In this document: positions 7,058 to 14,636 of the stretch, piece by piece
How positions within the stretch are numbered: position 1 is the first letter of the stretch
Layout: each line of letters starts with the position of its first letter
Virus record (IMG/VR): IMGVR_UViG_3300024520_000458
Span: 1-25,437 of that record
DNA from: a virus
Lineage: Duplodnaviria > Caudoviricetes
Length of the DNA: 25,437 bases
Strand: one strand, 5' to 3'
Notes under the pieces: model-generated
What the model saw: the letters and a program-made list of their open reading frames with translations, nothing else
Database searches by the model: none
Told to the model about the DNA's origin: nothing
Made by a program: the position numbers and the translations under genes

Positions 7058-7369
7058 ATGTCCCGCGTTCAAATGTGCAAGTGCTGCATGGCCACTGTTG
7101 AGGCGCGTGAGGTCTTTCGGTTTGAGGCGAGCAACAGGAACGAGCATCACGTCGCTACGGTCTGCCGAGACTGCCTACCTAAGGCTGACGAAGACACTGT
7201 GCTAGGCGTACGCTGCGACAAGTGCAAGACGATCTACTGGCACGGTAAGAACGAGCGAGCCGTGGGCCATGACGATCTCAGTTGGTGGCTAGAACAAGGC
7301 CACTTCTGGGGAGGCAGCGGGAGGCACATGTGCAAGGTGTGTATCGAGGGGCCTAATGACGACGCTTGA
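7058..7369 (+). CDS. Hypothetical protein with four CxxC pairs
   Basis: CKCC, CRDC, CDKC, H-x-CKVC. GGAGG upstream. Confidence 0.75.
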   Translation: MSRVQMCKCCMATVEAREVFRFEASNRNEHHVATVCRDCLPKADEDTVLGVRCDKCKTIYWHGKNERAVGHDDLSWWLEQGHFWGGSGRHMCKVCIEGPNDDA

Positions 7370-7715
7370 GCAGAATAATAAGAGGATCTACGGCAGAGTT
7401 ATGAGGCGGGATGCGTCGATCTTCAGGCAGGCAGCTTGGGCTGGGTGCAGTGACGACGAGATCGCCGTGATGCTGGACATCTACGAAGAGGCCGGTTCGG
7501 GCCCGATGAACTCAGGCGCTGACATGGAAGCGTCGAGGGTTGCTGTACTCAAGTGGTCTAAGAAGACTCGAGACTACAGGCTTCCAACAGGATTGGTAGA
7601 TTCGCATCACAGCGTCCTGCCTCGGCTGGGCCACGCGTGGGAGTACTGGAAGTGGGAGTTCACAACGTCGTGGGTCAGACTCGCGCAAACCCAATCCGAC
7701 GCTTCCTCTTCGTAG
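7356..7715 (+). CDS. Hypothetical protein, last gene of the rightward block
   Basis: GAGGGG RBS; 119 aa. Confidence 0.7.
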   Translation: MTTLEQNNKRIYGRVMRRDASIFRQAAWAGCSDDEIAVMLDIYEEAGSGPMNSGADMEASRVAVLKWSKKTRDYRLPTGLVDSHHSVLPRLGHAWEYWKWEFTTSWVRLAQTQSDASSS

Positions 7716-8232
7716 CCTCGATCTCACGCACCCTGGCAGGGTAACTTCCTGCGTTGCCCTCGATGATTGAGAAGCGGGTCACGCGCCCTGTTGTGCTTCG
7801 GCGCACCTGAGACACGAAGGCGACGTGTGCCTTCCAGCTCCCCTCAGGGCCTCGGGCAAACAGCACTACATCTCCGGGCTGCATGTCGTGATACTTGACC
7901 TTCCAGCCGACAGTGACGATTCGCCTGAACAGTTGCCGGGCTCCATTGCTGCGCTGAACAGGCATAGCCCTCACGAGACGCTGGCATGCCTGAGCCAGAC
8001 AATACCCGACGAAGGCCGAGCACCAAGCGCCTGTCCCTCTGAGGCTTCCCCGATAGCGATCGACGTCATCGCCCCGATTGTTGCCCCCGCTCTCACCTTT
8101 GCCGAGTTCCCCTCGGGCTACGCGCAACGCCTCAACGCCGATCGTCGAAGGGTCACGGGCTTTCGTTCGCCGCCACTCTTTGTCAGTCGTCAGCCAGTCG
8201 ACGAAGAATGTGATTGGGGCGAAGGGTATCAC
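7675..8232 (-). CDS. CHAP-domain endolysin (Cys/His peptidoglycan hydrolase)
   Basis: E..GNNRG..V..Y, AWCSAFV, PGDVVLF, HVAFV, IEGN. Start moved to GTG 8232 (GTGA overlap); no obvious cell-wall-binding domain. Confidence 0.88.
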   Translation of the reverse strand: MIPFAPITFFVDWLTTDKEWRRTKARDPSTIGVEALRVARGELGKGESGGNNRGDDVDRYRGSLRGTGAWCSAFVGYCLAQACQRLVRAMPVQRSNGARQLFRRIVTVGWKVKYHDMQPGDVVLFARGPEGSWKAHVAFVSQVRRSTTGRVTRFSIIEGNAGSYPARVREIEATKRKRRIGFARV

Positions 8233-8651
8233 TTGCAGTGCCGTGCCTTGACGATAGCAACGTCGTCGTCCCTGATGCGTATGAAGTCGGGGCACTCGTA
8301 GGACATGGCCCCGAACGGAGCGCCGTCCTGCAGGCCTAGCACGTGACCTAACTCGTGAACGATGATGCACGCCTGATCGTGAAGGTCTCCGGGATACGAG
8401 ACGTGAATTTCCCAGCCCCTCGGAGTTTGGAATGTGGCTGCAGCGTGCTCCGGCAGCATAACCCCCGTACCGTCTGAGCTCTTGATCTGCACGTCCTTTC
8501 CGGGGACGAAGAAGTCACAGCCGACGAAGCTATTCCACAGGCGCATCGCTGCCTTCGTCGGCCGCTCATAGTCTGCCGTAGCGGTGACTCCTATCGTGAC
8601 AGTCGCCGACGTTTTGCAGGAGAGGAGCAGGAGTAGGACGAGGTACCTCAC
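8229..8651 (-). CDS. Predicted lipoprotein zinc metallopeptidase (minimal metzincin)
   Basis: MRYLVLLLLLS-C lipoprotein signal, AMRLWN helix, HELGHVLGLQD, Met-turn GAM. Confidence 0.8.
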   Translation of the reverse strand: MRYLVLLLLLSCKTSATVTIGVTATADYERPTKAAMRLWNSFVGCDFFVPGKDVQIKSSDGTGVMLPEHAAATFQTPRGWEIHVSYPGDLHDQACIIVHELGHVLGLQDGAPFGAMSYECPDFIRIRDDDVAIVKARHCK

Positions 8652-8926
8652 TTGGGCTTCCTCGCGCCAGGTCGTAAGCTCTGCCAGTTGTCTTCGGCAG
8701 CCTTGAACTCAGCCTTCCAGCCCTCCACTAACTCGGGGACATTGTCAGCGATGTTCTCAAGGTCAGCCGTGGCCTTGTCCCACTGTGCGGCTTTGATACG
8801 CTGATGAGCCTCTGTGGCAGCCGCGTAAGCTTTCTCTGCCTTGCTACCCCGAGCACGACGCCAGCCCTCCACGGCGCCCCAGAGCGCAGGAATGAGCCAC
8901 ACTAGGCTATCGCTCAGCCACTCCAT
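8648..8926 (-). CDS. Small protein with N-terminal hydrophobic segment and helical tail (possible i-spanin-like lysis protein)
   Basis: LVWLIPALWGAV followed by WRRAR and an Ala-rich helix; coupled to both neighbours. Confidence 0.6.
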   Translation of the reverse strand: MEWLSDSLVWLIPALWGAVEGWRRARGSKAEKAYAAATEAHQRIKAAQWDKATADLENIADNVPELVEGWKAEFKAAEDNWQSLRPGARKPK

Positions 8927-9153
8927 TACTCAGGCTCAGTCTTAGCGGCAATCTTAACGGCAGGCGCTCCGATGTCAGCAATCCCGTTGCCGACGACGAA
9001 CACGGCTAGGATCGCCAACACTTTGTTGACTGTGCCCTCCTCGATGTCCACCCCAACCCGTGACAATATCAGCACGAGTAGGCCCGCCAGTGTCGCTAGC
9101 GCCTTCTTGCTCGTGAGGATCTCTCCTAGAATATCTCTCATTGCTTTGTACAT
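8926..9153 (-). CDS. Putative holin (two transmembrane helices)
   Basis: TSKKALATLAGLLVLIL and VLAILAVFVVGNGIADIG; AAAGGA RBS before ATG 9153; lies in the lysis cassette. Confidence 0.75.
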   Translation of the reverse strand: MYKAMRDILGEILTSKKALATLAGLLVLILSRVGVDIEEGTVNKVLAILAVFVVGNGIADIGAPAVKIAAKTEPE

Positions 9154-9277
9154 TCTGTGTCTTCCTTTCGAGAATCCGCATCTTCTTCTTGTGCCCATCA
9201 TTCCACAGCCTGAACAGTTGCGGCAAGTCCCGCGACATCATCGACAACACCATGTAAAGCAGTAGAATCTCTGTCAT
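8975..9277 (-). CDS. Hypothetical protein with N-terminal hydrophobic segment; 3' part overlaps the holin in another frame
   Basis: ATGA coupling to the upstream stop and GGAGAGGA RBS. Confidence 0.5.
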   Translation of the reverse strand: MTEILLLYMVLSMMSRDLPQLFRLWNDGHKKKMRILERKTQNVQSNERYSRRDPHEQEGASDTGGPTRADIVTGWGGHRGGHSQQSVGDPSRVRRRQRDC

Positions 9278-10104
9278 AGGTCCTCTCCCATGCAGATGAC
9301 CGAGCCTGAGACGAGGCCCGTCAGGTCGTCGTTCACCCGCCAGGTTACAGAGTCCCCCGTCTTGAGGATCAGTGGACCCCCAAACTTGAAGAAGCTGAGG
9401 CGTGCCACAAGGAACTTGTTGCCAGACCCCCAGTCCTTTAGCTCTGTGTCATAGGCCATACGAGAGAGGTCGAAGTTGTTTGTGATCTTCTCGCCCCCTA
9501 GAAGGTCGATTGTAACCCCGTTGCGCGTGTACTCAAACTCGCAGCCGTTAGCTAGCGCTGCTCCGAACGCGGCAAACTGCTCTGCCCTGAAGACCCCCGA
9601 ATCCTCCCAGGCAAAGATAGCGCGGTAGATGGCCGCCCTTCCTGACGCTACGGAGGAGAAGGCGACGGGGGTGCCGCTACCGTCTACGGCGAAGTTGGAG
9701 CTTCCCCCGTTCGTCAAGGGGAGCGTGCAAAGAGCGGGGTAGGTGAGATCCGGAACTGCCACCTTGTTGAAGCGTGTCTGCAGCCTGAACTCTGTCTGCG
9801 TGACACCCCCGTTCGTGTAGATGACTCGGAAGTAGCGAAGGCGTAGAGGAACGCTGATAGTCTTCGTGTCGTCGGCGAGCACAGAGAAGTCGTGTGAGAT
9901 GTCCCAGTTCGTTCCGTCTGCCGAGAACTGAAGCTGCAGCCCATCGACAGCGCTTGCCTCATCAGCCCTCGCAACGACTGTCACTGACTGAGTGTCTTCG
10001 GTAATCGAGAGGGCCTCCGCCTCACCCGTGAACACGGCAGCGTTGGCAAGCACGGCCTCAGTGCTGTTCTTGATGCTGCCAGGGTAGTTGTAGCCAATCG
10101 CCAT
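9274..10104 (-). CDS. Putative virion accessory protein (beta-rich, two-domain)
   Basis: LQLQFSADGTNW and RYFRVIYTNG jelly-roll-like motifs common in phage structural proteins. Confidence 0.65.
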   Translation of the reverse strand: MAIGYNYPGSIKNSTEAVLANAAVFTGEAEALSITEDTQSVTVVARADEASAVDGLQLQFSADGTNWDISHDFSVLADDTKTISVPLRLRYFRVIYTNGGVTQTEFRLQTRFNKVAVPDLTYPALCTLPLTNGGSSNFAVDGSGTPVAFSSVASGRAAIYRAIFAWEDSGVFRAEQFAAFGAALANGCEFEYTRNGVTIDLLGGEKITNNFDLSRMAYDTELKDWGSGNKFLVARLSFFKFGGPLILKTGDSVTWRVNDDLTGLVSGSVICMGEDL

Positions 10105-10364
10105 TACTTAGCACTCTCCACTAGCCCAGGGCGCACCGATTCGATGAAGAGTTCCTGCCTCACCTTGATGATCTCAACGTCGGTCTTGATGACGTGTACC
10201 GTGTCCTTGTCTGCCTTGCTGCTGACGAGCGTTGCCATCGTCCAGACGAGAGTGCCCAGGGTTACAGCCATCGCCAGCACTGCTAGCACAGAGGTGAGCT
10301 TCGGCTGCTGCATGCGGAAGCTCTTCGTGTCTCGAGGTCGTCGTGTTGCTGTTGATTCGGTCAT
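10104..10364 (-). CDS. Single-pass membrane protein with short coiled coil (possibly lysis-related)
   Basis: TM segment VLAVLAMAVTLGTLVWTMATLV; GGAGG RBS. Confidence 0.7.
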   Translation of the reverse strand: MTESTATRRPRDTKSFRMQQPKLTSVLAVLAMAVTLGTLVWTMATLVSSKADKDTVHVIKTDVEIIKVRQELFIESVRPGLVESAK

Positions 10365-10594
10365 ACTTGCCTCCGTTTTCGCACCTCAGTGATAGTGTCG
10401 CCCAAAAACTCCCCCACCAGGTCGTCGGGGTTCATTTTGAGGATCGCCCCCGTTGCTGTGATACGGGCGACTCGGCCGTTCTTGTTGGAGACAGTCAGGG
10501 TTTTCGCTACGCGGTCAAGCTTGAGGCTCCACCCCGCCGATCGGCCCTTTGCTGAGGCGGCAGTGATGTGTGCGTCTAGTTCTGTTCTGAACAT
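10361..10594 (-). CDS. Hypothetical protein
   Basis: TAATG and ATGA coupling. Confidence 0.7.
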   Translation of the reverse strand: MFRTELDAHITAASAKGRSAGWSLKLDRVAKTLTVSNKNGRVARITATGAILKMNPDDLVGEFLGDTITEVRKRRQV

Positions 10595-11430
10595 TACGGT
10601 TCGTACCCCAGCGCTGTTGCAACTGCCAGACGAGCTGTCTCGAAGTCTGCTGCTGTGGCACTCCAGTCCCCGTCTGTACCGATCCAGACTGCAAGCGCCC
10701 CATGGCTGCAGGGGGCTGCTGTGATCCGCTGTTGCCCCATGGCGAAGGTGGCTGTGTTCGTCATGCTGTCCTGAATCCTGGCGCCGCTACTTGTGCCTTC
10801 GCGGGTCCAGATGCCCACCAGATTGTTCGCCCAACTCCGAGTACAGACTACAACCTGAGCGTTAGTAGTGCCGTGATCTACTGCGACTGCTTCGATGTCG
10901 ATGCCGGAGGGTGAGTCGGCGATCCACTGAAACTGATTGTTGGACCCGGACGCGGCACTCTGAAGCTCCCACCCGTAATTGCCACCTGCCGACGCTCGCT
11001 TGCCACAGACGTGACGGATTGCAGAATTGGCAGCGGCGAACTTTCCGATCCACATGACAGTGATGGTCTCGGAAGCGACGTCCAGGACAGTGTTCGCTGC
11101 TGCGTCCATCGCGTCGGTCGTGTTGTCGTCCATTACCGTAGTTGTGCCAGCGAGGGCGGTGTCCGCGTTCTCTTTTGTGGGGGTGCCGCTGTCGGTGAGG
11201 TCGTCGGAACCAACAAGGTCCAATGCCCCTGCAGCATCGCCACCACGAACCATCCACGTTGGCTCGGCGAACCCCGTGAGCGCTGCGATGTCAGCGGGGC
11301 TGAGGGTATCAAGCGTTATTCCACCGGCTTCAGCGATTGGCACAGCGACGAATCCCCCGCCCGGCGATATGAGACCCCCGCCTCGACAGCGGAAGCCTCC
11401 CTTGTGACGTATACGGCGCCGATTCCTCAC
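10594..11430 (-). CDS. LamG/concanavalin-A-like domain virion protein
   Basis: ALDLVGSDDLT, ITVMWIGK, GKR...YGWEL, TFAMG pattern of LamG-like folds; Arg/Gly-rich N-terminus. Confidence 0.65.
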   Translation of the reverse strand: MRNRRRIRHKGGFRCRGGGLISPGGGFVAVPIAEAGGITLDTLSPADIAALTGFAEPTWMVRGGDAAGALDLVGSDDLTDSGTPTKENADTALAGTTTVMDDNTTDAMDAAANTVLDVASETITVMWIGKFAAANSAIRHVCGKRASAGGNYGWELQSAASGSNNQFQWIADSPSGIDIEAVAVDHGTTNAQVVVCTRSWANNLVGIWTREGTSSGARIQDSMTNTATFAMGQQRITAAPCSHGALAVWIGTDGDWSATAADFETARLAVATALGYEP

Positions 11431-12206
11431 TACCTAGTGCCTCCCATGATCGGAGTCAGTCTCATCGTGATAGTCGTCGACCCTGCACCTGTCGCTAGCA
11501 GTATGTAGTAGAGATCGAGCGGAGAGTGTTCGATGCGCTCGACGTGTGCAGTCTGAACGCCTACGACGATGTTGTTGCCTTCCTTCAGGTCTCCAACAAA
11601 GGCCTGGTAGATGCGCTGCGTGTCGTCGTCTTTGTTCAGCGAGCTCTGAACGTCGGCAATCGTGTGAGTGCCTGTGCCTGTGTCAGTTGTGACGATGCCC
11701 CCACCCGCTGCAATTGCCAGTTCTCGGGTCGTGTAGAGTTCGAAGGTGTTCGCTGCTGTCTTCTCAACCCAGTAGGGTGTGCCAGCAACGAACGGAGCGG
11801 GTAGCGTTGTGGAAGAACTCAGGACAAAGGGCCCGTCACCTGTGAGCATGCCGTGAGCGACTGCAGTATTGACGGCGTCTGAGCCTGAGCTTGTGAACGT
11901 GTCATCGGCGATTACGATAGGGGCCAGCCTCGCAGCGTAGAGTGCCACGCTTGAGAGGGTCTCAGCCTCGTCACACCAGAGCATCGCCTCGAAGGCGGGG
12001 TAGCTCTCGAAGAACTGCTCATCGATCACGAAGAGCCCCGAGTGATCCTGATTGACTCCCAGCGTCGTTCGCCAGCCTTGGACGTTGATCCAGTTGGCTG
12101 CTGTGACAATGGCGAGGGCATCACTCTCTGCAGTCATCTCGACGGCAAGGTGAGGGAACGCCACGACTCGGGCATTCTGTGAAAGGGGTTGGATTGTACG
12201 TGCCAT
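11430..12206 (-). CDS. Putative tail/virion accessory protein
   Basis: HGMLTGD...TTLPAPFVAGTPYWV..ANTFELYTT...GTGTHT module frequent in phage tail proteins. Confidence 0.65.
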   Translation of the reverse strand: MARTIQPLSQNARVVAFPHLAVEMTAESDALAIVTAANWINVQGWRTTLGVNQDHSGLFVIDEQFFESYPAFEAMLWCDEAETLSSVALYAARLAPIVIADDTFTSSGSDAVNTAVAHGMLTGDGPFVLSSSTTLPAPFVAGTPYWVEKTAANTFELYTTRELAIAAGGGIVTTDTGTGTHTIADVQSSLNKDDDTQRIYQAFVGDLKEGNNIVVGVQTAHVERIEHSPLDLYYILLATGAGSTTITMRLTPIMGGTR

Positions 12207-12209
12207 GTC

Positions 12210-14636
12210 TTAGCCTGCTCTCTCTTGACCGGGTGTTGCCTCGGGGTTCTTGACTGAGCCAAATTGAGGCTGAGGTGTCGGCGCCTGAGTGCCGCCCTCG
12301 CTGCCTGGCTCGTTAGTGAATTGCGCTTGAAGGTGTTTGAAGATTCGGGGGTCTAGTGCGGGGTCTACTGCTACGCCGCTGAAGATCGACAGAGAGAGAC
12401 GCTTGGGGTACGAGAGCTGCTTGCGAAGCTTTGCAATCTCCTCGATGATGCTGCGCTGTATTGCGGCGTACTGCTCGGGGTAGACCTCGCGATAGGCCTC
12501 TGCGTCTTCGGGCGAAAGGGTCCCATCGGCTAGGCGCTCAATGACGCCGTTAGGGTCAGAGATTGCTGCCACGTATCGGGCGAAGGTCCTCATCGCCGTC
12601 TTGCTTGGGACGTAGTCATAGGGGCCGGCTACGTGCTGAAGAAAGTCGGGCTTCTTCGGTAGCTTCTTGGCAAGAAAGGAGACCTCACGATTCTTCGCTG
12701 TCTCCATCTTGTCGGCAAGGACAGGGGACACAGCCCTCACTCCTCTGAGGCTGTCAGCAAGCGCCTGCCTGGCCTCTGGGCGCATTGTAATCCCGTTGGG
12801 GCCCATTGTGACCTGAGAGAGAATCTCCTGCTCACGGGCCTTGTAGAGGCCTCCTAGGGTCTTCGGCTTCTTGACCTTTTGAGGTAGCTCGGGAGCGAAG
12901 GTAGTGGCCGCTAGGACTCGGGTGGCAATTGGGGGTGCCACCCTGCCAACCTTGCCGCCTACTTCGAAGAGCTTGGCGATGGCCGCGTCTTTACGTAGGG
13001 AGGCTGCCGCTACGGCCTTGGAGCCTCGCTTGAACACTAGGTCTCCCAGTATCTTGCCGCCCGCCGATGCGAGAGGGGCCGCTACGATTGGAGGGACCCC
13101 CACAGAAGCCAGTGCTCCGTAAGCCCCGCCATACACGGCATTCCCCGCAAGCCGCTCCATTGAGCTCTCAGCCTTGCCGACCGTCTTCAGGGCATCATCT
13201 GCCACTGCGATAGCCTCAAGCCTTGGGGCCGTGCCTTTCATCAGGGCCATCGCCTCATTCTGATAGGCTAGGTTGCGCTCGAGTAGCGCGGGGATACCTT
13301 CCATAGACTGGACCCTAGCGCCCTTGAGTTCCCCGTTGAGCAGTGCCTTCTTGAAGCCTGTCATCTCGGCAGCGCTCAGCCTGATGCCCTCAGCAGCCTG
13401 GGGCTTCGTGACGTTGCGCCCCGCGTAGCTTCCGTACTTGCGTGCTGCCGCGCCTTGAACAACGCCCTTAGCTCCCAGCTTCTTGTAGAGGGTGACATCG
13501 GCACGTTGCATCTTTGCGAGGATATCGTCCTGCTTGCTCACTAGTTTACGAAGGATCTTCTCCTCTTCCCTGAGGGCCTTCGTTATCGTGCTAGGCCTCC
13601 CAGCCAGCCCTTTTGGGTCATCGAGGGCACGTCGAATACTGTTCTTCGTGCGCACCAGAACTCTCTTCGCCCCCGTGCCGGCACCCTCAGCGATGAGAAG
13701 AGGGTCAACCTGCGCCGACTGCGACGCGTATGCCTCAGCATCCTGTGCCAGCTTGGCGCCTATCGCTTCCTGCTCTGCCAGCTTGGCGTGACGTAACTGT
13801 GAGGCATCCATGACCGCCAGGTCTTCAGCAATCTCTGCCGTTGCCTTGCCTTCGAGAGCCGATGCGTGAATGTCGTCAGCGAGCTTCTTGGCGCGCCCTA
13901 CGCCCTTCGTGAATCCTTTGATGAGGTTGCCGCCGACGCCGACGACGCCGCCCGTAGCCCCACCGATTGCCATGTTGTGTAGGTAGACGGAAGATATCTC
14001 TTCGGCTCCAAGGTCGCCCTCCATGTACTGTATATCGTGCCCCGACTGCAACGCTCCGACTGCCACACCCTCAGCGATGAGACCCTTAATCCCTCCGATC
14101 TTGTGAGCATGCTGAGCCGCCTTGCCCGCAGGGAGGGCACGTGCAAGCTTCCCGGCCTTGCCGGCCCCACTGATGGCACCCATGCCAGGGACTACCAGCC
14201 CACCGACAGCACCGACAGCTGAGAGGGTCGAGCGTGTGTCGTGCAGCTCTTCTCTCTTCTCGCGGAACTTGGGGCCCATGACATCGCCCATAGCCCAACC
14301 GAAGGCGCCGCCTGTTGCAGTGTCAGCGGCAGACTCTAGGACGGCTCTTGTGCCCGAGAGAACGCCGCTGTGCTCTCGTTCTTTGCGTGCCTGCTGCTCA
14401 CGGCCCTGAGCCTCACCCCTCGTCTCAGCTCGCGCACCGCCGTAGATGTACTGCTCCGCGTCAGCCTGCGACGCCTCGAAAGTCCTATCGTCCTCTACGA
14501 CGGTAACCTGTAGATCGCTAGGGAACTGATAGGCCTCCCTCGCGTTGCCTGTCGCCAGAGCAGAGGCGCGCGCCTTAGAGACACGGAACTTCTTCCCCGT
14601 CTCTTTGTGCGTGACTGTTACAAGGTTGTCGCTCAC
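12210..14636 (-). CDS. Internal virion (ejection) protein, 808 aa
   Basis: Large Ala/Gly-rich helical protein with glycine-zipper-like hydrophobic segments; third of three large genes after the nozzle. Confidence 0.7.
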   Translation of the reverse strand: MSDNLVTVTHKETGKKFRVSKARASALATGNAREAYQFPSDLQVTVVEDDRTFEASQADAEQYIYGGARAETRGEAQGREQQARKEREHSGVLSGTRAVLESAADTATGGAFGWAMGDVMGPKFREKREELHDTRSTLSAVGAVGGLVVPGMGAISGAGKAGKLARALPAGKAAQHAHKIGGIKGLIAEGVAVGALQSGHDIQYMEGDLGAEEISSVYLHNMAIGGATGGVVGVGGNLIKGFTKGVGRAKKLADDIHASALEGKATAEIAEDLAVMDASQLRHAKLAEQEAIGAKLAQDAEAYASQSAQVDPLLIAEGAGTGAKRVLVRTKNSIRRALDDPKGLAGRPSTITKALREEEKILRKLVSKQDDILAKMQRADVTLYKKLGAKGVVQGAAARKYGSYAGRNVTKPQAAEGIRLSAAEMTGFKKALLNGELKGARVQSMEGIPALLERNLAYQNEAMALMKGTAPRLEAIAVADDALKTVGKAESSMERLAGNAVYGGAYGALASVGVPPIVAAPLASAGGKILGDLVFKRGSKAVAAASLRKDAAIAKLFEVGGKVGRVAPPIATRVLAATTFAPELPQKVKKPKTLGGLYKAREQEILSQVTMGPNGITMRPEARQALADSLRGVRAVSPVLADKMETAKNREVSFLAKKLPKKPDFLQHVAGPYDYVPSKTAMRTFARYVAAISDPNGVIERLADGTLSPEDAEAYREVYPEQYAAIQRSIIEEIAKLRKQLSYPKRLSLSIFSGVAVDPALDPRIFKHLQAQFTNEPGSEGGTQAPTPQPQFGSVKNPEATPGQERAG

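Noticed and set aside
8841-8850. TTGCTACCCC as a third copy of the head-gene hairpin
   Set aside because: Only one arm matches, it lies inside a CDS, and there is no complementary arm.
9274-12206. Diversity-generating retroelement or invertible tail cassette
   Set aside because: No reverse transcriptase, invertase or TR/VR-like repeat pair was seen by eye; a self dot-plot would confirm.
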